A DNA stretch of 63,785 nt, counting the filler, from Olpidium bornovanus S191 (lineage: Eukaryota > Fungi > Olpidiomycota): the NCBI GenBank assembly GCA_017911155.1. It is 29 parts of 29 records of this genome, joined end to end, with 100 filler letters (N's around TTAATTAATTAA, not from the genome) between each part and the next. Parts side by side here need not be neighbours in the genome. Positions count along the whole stretch, not along the records: positions 8,658 to 11,614 come from JAEFCI010007019.1; positions 11,715 to 12,941 come from JAEFCI010003923.1; positions 13,042 to 15,301 come from JAEFCI010003531.1; positions 15,402 to 21,158 come from JAEFCI010010752.1; 25 more parts are not named here. One strand, written 5' to 3'. The notes below the pieces were generated by a model that saw nothing but the letters and a program-made list of their open reading frames with translations, did no database searches and was not told where the DNA came from. Shown one piece after another: positions 9,200 through 18,900 of this stretch; position 1 is the stretch's first letter, and the number at the start of each line of letters is the position of its first letter. Position numbers and translations under genes: made by a program.

Positions 9200-11445
9200 C
9201 CGAGGTCGAGTTTGTAAAGTAAATTTTCGGTGCGGCGTCCGGTGGCAATGACCGCTCCGTTTTTTGTCATCACCAACGCGCCGTCCGGTTCAAGCACGAT
9301 GCGGACCCCTCCGACAGCGGTTGCTCGCCCCATCGAGAGGACGGTGTGTTGCAGTTGCAGGGCGTAGAGGGTATTTTTCAGAGTCATGATGGCTCCAGCC
9401 GTCCGTATGCGAGGCGTCCCAGTGCCCCCCGTGTCGGATCCCATAGTGTCCGGCTGCAAAAAGTCTGGTGGTGGCTGACCGGTCAAGGTCTTGAAAAAGT
9501 TATGCATTCGGCGATATATGGTCGCTCGTGCCGGTGTCGAGGTAAATGGGATGTGCATGTGCATTAGAGTCGGCCGGCAAAGTTTTGACTACGCAGTTCG
9601 CTTCGGGAACAGGACGGACAGAGTCAGCGAGCACGAGGTTAGCTACCGCTTGGTGGGGCGGATCCCCGCCTTTGTCGCCTGCGTTGTTGCGACGGTTGTT
9701 TTGGCGAGCGCGGCGACCGTGGCCGGCTTTGCCCCTGTCTCTCGCCCCCCCCTGCTCCTCCATCTCCGTCGGGATTTCCCCTGGGACCGTTGTGGCCGCC
9801 GCGGCCATCCGCCCTTTTGCGTTTTTGCTTGCACCAACGCGCAAAATGGCCTTTCTGTCTGCAGTTCCGACAGATGACGTCGGCAAGCGGTTTAATCGTG
9901 CCGTCTCGAGCGCCGTAGTGGGTCTTCGTGTCATACTCGCGATTTGCGCCAGCTGAATGCGCATTACTTGTTGTATAATTCCCATGACTTGACAACTTCT
10001 GCGGCCACTTAATGCATTGGGTAAATTTTGCCGCGTAATCTTGGGTGTCTGTGAGTGTGGAAGGTTGGGTAGCAAGGTAAGTATATCGCTCCTGAATTTC
10101 CTTCTGGAGTCCTTGCTTGTACTTCGTGAGAATGATGCTAATTGTCATCGTCAATATCAGGCAGCTGCATATTTAGCGTATTAAACGGCGTCTGTGTATG
10201 CTACGAGACTTGAGAATTTCGAAGAATGCAGTTCTGTCAGTTTAATGCGCACTTGCTCCGCGTAATTAGACGGGTAAAAACGTTTGTGCAGAGCACTGCG
10301 TAATTCCGGCCAACTTGACCATCGTTGGTCATTTCCGACGGAGAACTTCTGCGCATGGGCTTGCCAGAGCTTGAGTGCGCGACCTTCCAGCTTGCCGACA
10401 GCCTGTGTCAACCTCATGTTCTCGGTTACGAGGTGAGCGGCGTGCTGAGCGTACGTATCGAATTTTAGGACAAAGGCTTCGAGTTTATCGACGCCGCCGT
10501 GGCCGTCGAACTTCGGCACATCGGCAAGCAGTTGTTTGACCATCCACATTTCTGATGTGGAGGTGCTTGCGCTTGTTGCGATTGAACGACCGTCGTCTAC
10601 TTCGGCTACTTCGGTGTTTGTACCTACGAGAATTCGTGGGTGTTGCTCACAGGGATAATTGTTAGCCCGTCGGCGCGCTGGCGGAGGGGAATTTCCCCCC
10701 CCCCCCGGCTTTGCGCAAAAAACAACCCCCCCCCATCACACACTTGCAACGATTTCCGTTTCCCGCTCCCTTTGCGCATAAAAACTCGCTGAATAATAAA
10801 AAAACCAAAACATAGCATCCTTCGAGGAAGCGCACGGTCTCTCGACGGCCCCCCCACCGTAGCCTAGTTCCAATCGCCTGCGACTGCGGCGCCCTCGGAC
10901 GAGCGGCCGGCAGCTCCCGGGGGTGGAGGGCAGTAGCTGAAAACAAAGAGGGCGCGCCGGAGCTCACGTCGAGGGAGGCTTCGACGGCCACAAGGAGGGA
11001 ACTTCAGCGTCTCGCAGTCACCCGTACCTGCGGCATACTGTGCGCGTAAAACAGCCCACAGCTGCCCGTCCAAGCCTGCCGAAACCCCGTCGGAGTCGAA
11101 AGTCTTCCGACAGCGCATGCGCGCCGGCCGAGGACGCGACGGAAACTGCGTCCAAATCCACCCCCCTCTCGTCCTCCCGTCCTACGGGGACGGGACCCGT
11201 TGCCAGGCGGTTGAGGAGCGCGGTCATCTGTGCCAACTGCGCCTGCATTATGCGCCTCTCTTCCTTTTCTGCGTCCTTTTTTTGAGGAGGGCTTCAAAAC
11301 GGGTTTCCAGGTCGGTAGCAGCTTTGCTGCCCCTGCGGTTGGTTTCTGTTTTAAGTACACCCCACGCTTCAGGCGCGGTGGTTCCTTCCGGTCGTCGGCG
11401 GCTGTGCGCTTCCGGCGCTGGGGTCCCTTCCGTCGCCCTCTCCAT
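9200..11445 (-). mobile_element. Decayed LTR element: coiled-coil + Ty3-like capsid gag, CCHC knuckle and copia-type protease (no IN/RT)
   Basis: gag DVPKFDGHGGVDKLEAFVLKFDTY...SSWPELRSALHKRFYP; knuckle CRNCRQKGHFARWC; protease IYLDTGTSDHISPNA*LF...LKNTLYALQLQHTVLSMGRA...IATGRRTENLLYKLD. Several stops and frameshifts. Confidence 0.85.
10679..11084. mobile_element. ~400-bp insertion in gag, related to the solo LTR at 18142-18541
   Basis: Shares collinear blocks (GAGGGGA..poly-C, GAATAATAA, CCTGCGACTGCG, GGCCGGCAGCTCC, terminal GCCGA(A/C)A) with 18142-18541. Confidence 0.55.
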
Positions 11446-11714
11446 GCGTCCGCGCGCTTCCTTGAAAAGCTGAGACGTGAGGGGATGACTTACCTCCCTT
11501 TCCTTTTCACCGGCTTCCGCGGTGTTGATGTTGACACGTCTCTCCTGTGCTGCGGCTTCAGCCGTAGCTGTCGTTGCATCCTTCCGGGCGTTCCTTTCGT
11601 TACGGGGGGCGCGGNNNNNNNNNNNNNNNNNNNNNNNNNNNNNNNNNNNNNNNNNNNNTTAATTAATTAANNNNNNNNNNNNNNNNNNNNNNNNNNNNNN
11701 NNNNNNNNNNNNNN

Positions 11715-12668
11715 CATGGAGAGGACGGAGTTGAAGCCGTTCGCCGTGACGAAGTGTGCGAGGAATCTTGCTATTTTTTGCCGTGTGTTTCCGGCAATAT
11801 TTAGCGAGGCATAAAGAAGTTTCGTTTCCCCAAGAAAAGCCCCCTGCTGATTCTCACGAGAAGCGGCGCCACATTGGACGAGTAACTGGGCGGCCAAGAT
11901 CAGCCGGACAGCGTGCGCCGGCGGTTTTAGCCATGCGGAAATAAGGTTCGCTACCGACGTGGTCCACGCGGCATCCAGGTCTGGCGGGGATTAGAGGCCG
12001 GGAGGGAGAGGGGGGCCGGGACAAAGCGACAGAGCAAAACCAGATGAGCCCCGAGTTATTCTACAGCCGCGACGTCGCTCTGATATTGAACGCGGGCTCA
12101 GGTGGAGGAACGAATCGGCCGCGGGGCCGAGTAATTTACCGAACCGCCGACTGGGCGGTTCCGTTTTGGTGCGCGTGCTAACGTCTCGCCTCCTTTCCCC
12201 TCTCCCTCCCCCCCCCCCCCCCCCTTTTTTTTTCCCCCCCCCCCCCCCCCGGTCGTCTGTTTTCCGTCCAGGCCCAACCGTGGTGTTTCTTTCGCGCGCG
12301 TATGTACCGGAGCCGACAAACTTTTCAAGAAGAGAGACGGCGTCTCGGCATTCCCGGTCGGTCATGCCCTCGTACGTCTTTAAGACCAGCGAGGCGTACG
12401 CGGCGGGGAACCCGGCCGCGCCGACGTGCTGCAGGGCGCGTATCTCGTCGGGCTCAAAGGGCTCCTCCGCCGCCCCCTTCGACGGCAGCAGCGATTTGAG
12501 CCACGCCACGGCCGCGTTGACGACCTCGCTGCTGTCCGAGCGCTCGATCAACAAGACCAGCGCGCGCAGCGACTCGTGCGACAGGTCTTTCGAGGGCGAC
12601 GCCGGCACTTGTAGATAGACGAATTTGCGGGGGTTCAGAGCAGTCGCTCCCGTTGCACCTCCCCGCAA
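11715..12668 (-). CDS. Hypothetical alpha-helical (ARM/HEAT-like) protein, internal exons
   Basis: Two helical, Leu/Ala-rich exons (SHESLRALVLLIERSDSSEVVNAAVAWLKSLL; QKIARFLAHFVTANGFNSVLSM). Family not identified. Confidence 0.45.
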
Positions 12669-13041
12669 GGTCTGGCAGTTCCAGTGTCCACTCTACGAAA
12701 ACGGGTTTCCTTACGCCGGAAGATGGAAGATACCAGCGACGCACGCCGGGGGAGGACGCGATTCGCGAGGAGCACCGCGAGCGGGGGGCCGGCATCTGCG
12801 GTTCGAGGGGTGGCGGGGGCGGGTGAGACGACGGGAATAACGTCAGCGCTGGGGGGCGTTGTCCAGTTCCGCGGCCGGGGGGGTGGGGGGGGGGGGGGGG
12901 GGGGGGTGGGAAAAGGGGGGGGGGGGGGGGGGGCGGAGGGANNNNNNNNNNNNNNNNNNNNNNNNNNNNNNNNNNNNNNNNNNNNTTAATTAATTAANNN
13001 NNNNNNNNNNNNNNNNNNNNNNNNNNNNNNNNNNNNNNNNN

Positions 13042-15301
13042 CATGGAGAGTCGCCCTTGGGAACCACAGAACCGGCTTCGCAGGAGACCGGCGTGACTGA
13101 AGAGCAGACGGTTCCGGCCGCTAGCGAGGAGCCCTTCACAGCCTCTCCATCCGCCGAAGCCTCGACGGTTACCTCGGAACCCGCCGTGACCGAGGAGACA
13201 TCACTGCCGGCGGAGCCGACTGCCCCGGAGACCGAGACAGGATTGCCGGAGCCGGCTACTGAGAGCGGCAGCGTGGCGACAGACTCCACCTCGCAAGAGG
13301 CGTCCGAAACCGCGGCGCCCGAACCGTCCGATACCGCTGCGTCAGAAGAGCAGACAGCGTCTCCTTCTACTGAGGAGTCCACCGCGCCCCCAGTTTCTGA
13401 TGTTGGAGCCTCGACCGTCACGGTCGAAACCAGCGTTATTGAGGAGGTGGTGCCCACGGATGTGCTGTCGCCGGTAAGTTCGGCTGCCGAAACCGTTGGA
13501 AACGCGGCGGACGCATAGTGGCGCCGCTGAAATGACGGAATCCGCTTTGCATCAGGAGTCAGAAACCGTTTCGACGGATCAGCAAACCGCATCTGCTTCA
13601 ATCGAAGAGACCGAAACGGCGTCAAGCGAAGAACCCGCCGCGGCTTCTCCTCCTACCGACACTTCGGCCGGCAGCACCGAATCCAGCGCGACAGACGCCC
13701 CGGCGGAGGATGCCCCGACGGAATCCGCCGCCGAACCCACGACGACGGAATCTGCCCCCGAATCTGCCGCAGAATCTGCCGCCGAGTCCGCTTCGGAATC
13801 CGCCGTCGAGTCTGCAGTGGAATCCGCTGCCGAATCCGCATCAGAGTCTGCCGCCGAAACCGCAACGGAATCTCCGGCCGAGATCGCGACTGAACCGCCG
13901 GTCGAACCCGCACCAGAATCTGCCGCAGAGTCCGCTTCGGAATCCGCCGTCGAGTCTGCAGTGGAATCCGCTGCCGAATCCGCATCAGAGTCTGCCGCCG
14001 AAACCGCAACGGAATCTCCGACCGAGATCGCGACTGAACCGCCGGTCGAACCCGCACCAGAATCTGCCGCCGAGTCCGCTTCGGAATCCGCCGTCGAGTC
14101 TGCAATGGAATCCGCTGCCGAATCCGCATCAGAGTCTGCCGCCGAAACCGCAACGGAATCTCCGGCCGAGATCGCGACTGAACCGCCGGTCAAACCCGCA
14201 CCAGAATCTGCCGCCGAGTCCGCTTCGGAATCCGCCGTCGAGTCTGCAATGGAATCCGCTGCCGAATCCGCATCAGAATCCGCCGCCGAAACCGCAACGG
14301 AATCTCCGGCCGAAATCGCAACTGAACCTCCGGTCGAATCCGCATCAGAATCCGCCGCCGAAACCGCAACGGAATCTCCGGCCGAAATCGCAACTGAACC
14401 TCCGGCGGAATCCGCATCAGAATCCGCCGCCGAACCCGCAACGGAATCTGCCGCCGAATCTGCCGCCGAATCCGCTGCTGAATCCGCGACGGAATCTGCT
14501 GAATCTGCTGCCGAAACCGCCGCCGAATCCTCCACGGAATCCGCCGAATCCGCTGCCGAATCCGCGACAGAATCCGCCGAATCCGCCGCAGAATCCGCCG
14601 CCGAATCCGTCACGGAATCCGCCGTATCTGCAACAGAGTCCGCTGCCGAATCCGCCACGGAATCCGCCGAATCCGCAGCAGAATCCGCTGCCGAACCCGC
14701 GACGGAATCCGCCGAATCCGCCGCCGAATCCGCCGCCGAATCCGCCGCAGAATCCGCCGCAGAATCCGCCGCAGAATCCGCCGTATCTGCAACAGAGTCA
14801 GCTGCCGAATCCGCGACGGAATCCGCGGAATCTGCCGCCGAATCCGCCACGGAATCCGGCGAATCCGCCGAATCTGCCACGGAATCCGCCGAATCCGCAG
14901 CAGAATCCGCTGCCGAATCCGCGACGGAATCCGCGGAATCTGCCGCCGAATCCGCCGCCGAATCTGCCACAGAATCCGCCGAATCCGCAGCAGAATCCGC
15001 TGCCGAGTCCGCGACGGAATCCGCGGAATCTGCCGCCGAATCCGCCGCCGAATCCGCCACGGCATCCGCTGAATCCACAGCAGAATCCGCTGCCGAGTCC
15101 GCGACGGAATCCGCCGAATCCGCCACGGAATCCGCCGAATCTGCCGAATCTGCGGAATCTGCCGCCGAATCTGCCGCCGAATCTGCCGCCGAATCTGCCG
15201 CCGAATCTGCCGCCGAATCCGCTGCCGAATCCGCCACGGAATCCGCCGAATCCGCTGCCGAGTCCGCGACGGAATCCGCGGAATCTGCCGCCGAATCCGC
15301 C
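13042..15301 (+). CDS. Highly acidic Glu/Ser/Ala/Thr/Pro repeat (mucin-like) protein, partial at both ends, one intron
   Basis: ORFs 13057.. and 13496.. join in frame via a phase-0 intron 13474-13555 (GTAAGT...TGCATCAG). ESAA/ESAT tandem repeats run to the contig end. Confidence 0.75.
13750..15301 (+). repeat. Coding tandem array: ~144-bp higher-order units, then GAATCCGCC(GCC) 9/12-bp units
   Basis: The 48-aa unit ESAAESASESAVESAVESAAESASESAAETATESPAEIATEPPVEPAP occurs about 3.5 times, followed by ESA/ESAA/ESAT. Confidence 0.95.
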
Positions 15302-15401
15302 NNNNNNNNNNNNNNNNNNNNNNNNNNNNNNNNNNNNNNNNNNNNTTAATTAATTAANNNNNNNNNNNNNNNNNNNNNNNNNNNNNNNNNNNNNNNNNNN
15401 N

Positions 15402-17593
15402 CATGCTGCTTCTCCTCCTCGAACCGGGCGCAGGTGCAATGGGAAGATGAAGGCGGCTCGTGAGTAAGCAAACATTATCAAAGCCAAGATGGGCCTTACG
15501 CTGATGCCAGCGGGTATATGTGTTGCCAGAGCCGGCCAAATAAGCCTGAGAGGAAGAAGGCGGGAATGCGTCGAGGAAATAGAGGTTTCCGTGCCTTGAG
15601 CCAGTGGCGAGTAAAGCCGATGAAGAAGCGTCACGGACCTCTGCACCATCGGCAAAAAAGGTGACGGTAGCGTTGTGGTCACAGGCTCGGGCGACGGAGA
15701 ACAAGGATGAGGCGAAACTTTGAACGTGAAGGGCCTTCTCCAGAACAAGCGGGGAGCCGTTGGATTGATGAAGGACAACATCGCCGACCATACTTGATTC
15801 GAGAGTCGTGCCGTCGGCGACAGCGATTTCAGTCTTGATTTGCTGTGGGGAGCTGAGGATTGCAGACGAGTTAATCATGTGCTCGGTTGCGCCGGAGTCG
15901 AGAATAATTTCAGAGGGCGTCAGATGCTTTTTAGTATTAGCATGAAGCGCTCGGGCATGGCCGCGCAAGTCAGCATCGCGGTGATGTTGGGGGTCGGCTT
16001 CGACGTTGGCGGCATTGTTTGCTGCAGGATTATAGTTGATCTGCCGATCTGGTTTTTGGATTCGGTTTTGGTTTTGGCGGGCCATGGCTTGGAGGTCGGC
16101 AGGGATCAGCGGGCAATCGCTTGGAAAATGGTCTGCAGACAAGCAAAACTTGCATGGGTTTCGTGGCTTGCGGTTATTTTGGAATCCGTCGTTGGCACCT
16201 CGGCCGTGACCACCGTGCCCACCACTTCCACGTCTGCCGTTATTGCCACTTCATCCGTGCCCTCGCGGTGCTTGGTGGGTGCTGCGAGGATTTTTGTCAG
16301 TGGCTGTCTTGGAGTTTAGCACGGCCGAACGAGTATCAGCGTGGTTGGTGGCACGAAGGAAAGCATCGATCTGAAGAGCTGCCTCCTGGCAAGCACTTAA
16401 TGAACTGATGTTTGCTGGAACTGTAACGATAGCCTTGCGTATCGGGTCTGTGAGGTTCTCGGCGTATTGTAAAAGGAGCGCTTGACTGCCAACAGAATCA
16501 TGGAGCAGGGCGGGCAACGTATTGAAATGGGCAGTATACTGTTGGACAGTGCCTGTTTGGCGAAGGGCACGCAATCTGCCGTGAGCTTCAAAAGTCTCAA
16601 ATTCGATGGCAAAGTGGAGGCGAAGGAGGGACTTCATCGCATCCCATGAGGCTTCACGTCCGTCCGGCCTCACAATGGGCAAACCATAAGGTTTCAGAAG
16701 TGCCGGATAATTTGATTTCAGCAAGAATTAGCTAGAGTGCCCGGACTTGCCCATAAGGTTTTAGAAGTGCCGGATAATTTGTTTTCAGCAAGAATTAGCT
16801 AGAGTGCCCGGAAAGTCGCAGCATACTGGAAATAGGAGTCCATTTTTCGGATAAAAGCTCTAGTTGGACGGCATTTCCTTTACCGTCAAACTTGGCGATT
16901 TCGGCCAGTGTCGCCCGGCTCATAGAGTCCTGTTCGTGTTGTTGCTGCTGCCGGATTTGTGAAGGTTGCGATTGGCGCTCTTGCTTGCGGAGAAGAGACG
17001 CAACTTGAGCCTTGAGGATTTCATGTTCTTCAAGGAGGAAAGCATGTGCCGCGGCTGCTGGATCAGCGACCTCGACTCGCCGACTGGGAGTGTCTGTGGT
17101 GAACGAAGAGTCAACTCCTAGATCTCCTCCCAGACGGCCTGTTGAGAAAATGGCGCCAGGGCCGGGCGGGCGGCTAGCACTGGCGCGGCCGTCATGGTCG
17201 TTGTCGTAAGGCCTGGCGAAAATGCCGAGCGTCGACGGTGCGAAGGCGAAAAAAAAGGCGCAGCAGCGGAGAAGGCGGCTGCGGCGGAGAGCGGCGGCGG
17301 CTGCGGGGAAGCGCAGCGGCGGCGGAGAAGCGCAGCAACGATGGCGGCGGCGGCGATGGCAAAAAAAAAAGGCGCAGCAGCGGAGAGCGGCTGCGGCGGC
17401 GGTGGCGGCGACGCTAGCGAAGCGCGGCGCCGATGGCGGGAACGGCGCTTGTTGGAGAGCGGCGCTTCGGAGGGCGGCGGCGGCGAAGCGGCGGCGGGCG
17501 GCGGACAGCGGCGGCGGCGGCGGCGGAGAGCGCAGCAACGATGGCGGCTGCGGCGATCGCAAAAAATAAGGCGCAGCAGCGGAGAAGGCGGCT

Positions 17594-17627
<34 letters not shown>

Positions 17628-17635
17628 AGAGCGTT
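15402..17635 (-). mobile_element. Decayed LTR element: Ty3-like capsid gag, CCHC knuckle, copia-type protease and GAG-pre-integrase
   Basis: EIAKFDGKGNAVQL...; SWDAMKSLLRLHF...LRALRQTGTVQQYTAHFNTL; CKFCLSADHFPSDC; IILDSGATEHM...LEKALHVQSFASSLFSV...LATGSRHGNLYFL; RWHQRKAHLG. There is a ~66-bp tandem duplication at ~16683-16812 and a GC-rich leader at 17230-17635. Confidence 0.88.
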
Positions 17636-17719
17636 ATTAGTTATATTATATTATTATTATATAATATATATAAGATAGTTATATATCTTATATAATAACT
17701 AATAGTTATTAGTTCAAGG

Positions 17720-18900
17720 CAAATTGCAGCATGTTTCAGAATTAGCCTCTCACTATGATCCCTTGCAATATCCCCTTTTTTCTCAACAGGAGCTTCAGGG
17801 GTACCGTCGATCCAGATGGCAGCTATCTCTGATGCGCTGGGTTCGTTGTAGGTTCTGCCGTTCACATAGTCTGAGTTGAAAAGTGCAGTCCTTATCTTCG
17901 CGAATTGATTCACGTGCACTTTTCAGGACATGTACATAGGGATTGACTTGGTGAAGCATTCTCATGAGCAGATCAATCCTCTCTTGCTTCAAATATGGTG
18001 TGGTTCTTGCCCTGTGCGAGAGCTCATGTTCATGATCGTCAACGTACAGTTGAAGAAATTTTGAGTTTTCGTCTTTTGCAGGGAGCAAACTACCGATTCG
18101 GTGATACATTTCCCCATGAACTCGAAAGGTGAACACACCGCTGTCAGAGGGGAGCGTGGCCCCCCCCCCCCTATGATAGGGAGACCTCCCCCTCCGTTGC
18201 TTGTTGCGGCTTCCCGCGCACCCGCCGGAAGAATAATAATAAACAAAAGAAGAAGCACCGTAACTCCGACGTTCGGACCCACCTGTCGAAGGCGCCCTGC
18301 GACTGCGACTCAGCACGACGCGGAGGCCGGCAGCTCCTTGGGCTTTCGGAGGCAGAGAGGACGTCGCGATTTGTTCGTCGACAATCCTTTGACGGGTCTT
18401 TCGAAGGAGCCTTTGTGTTGTTCTGCGGCGGGACACCGCACTAGGCGCGTCCTTACCCACGGAAGAGACAGCCTTGCAGCAAGAGCCGGCGCTATCCCTT
18501 GGACCTCCTCCATATCGAAGTCGCGCTCCAGTAAGCCGACACCACCCCTACTGTTGGCCAGACTTTTGTCAAGCTGGACTCCAATGGAGGTGAAAGAGAA
18601 GAGAGAATTGTATCAGCGGATATTTTTTCGAAAATCCTTGCCAATCTCATCATCTCTTGTATATAGTGAAAGGAGCTGTTCCGGAGGGTTGACCTGTGTA
18701 TGCAACTTGAAAAACTAGAACAAAGTCGTGCCCACAGGTGCATGGCCAACTGAGTGAACACACTTACCTCAGGAAGCTTGATTTTGCCGTCCCTACAACA
18801 GAAGCCCTTTGATTCGTATTGGAGCTTGAAAGCAGAACAATGGGGACAAACAGTTCTCGGTTTAAGCTTGTGGCGGACAAAGTTTGGCGGTTCTTTCCAA
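17720..18900 (-). mobile_element. Helitron Rep/helicase N-terminal remnant (pseudogene) with an intron, interrupted by a solo LTR
   Basis: CPHCSAFKLQYESKGFCCRDGKIKLPE | VNPPEQLLSLY...FRKNIR*YNSLFSFTSIG...LANSRGGV [insertion] FTFRVHGEMYHRIGSLLP...FLQLYV...MLHQVNPY...RTYNEPSASEIAAI are characteristic Helitron N-terminal motifs. The intron is 18694-18767 (GTAAGT...CACAG). Confidence 0.9.
18142..18541. mobile_element. Solo LTR (400 bp, TGTC...GACA) with 4-bp target-site duplication
   Basis: Flanks are CCGC (18138-18141) and CCAC (18542-18545). Excision restores the Helitron frame SRGGVFTFRVHG. Confidence 0.75.

Noticed and set aside
13579-15237. 552-aa minus-strand ADSA-repeat ORF and the Pro/Asn- and Arg/Ile-rich alternative frames
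   Set aside because: Shadow frames of a stop-free repeat. The plus frame has an in-phase canonical intron and non-repetitive flanks.
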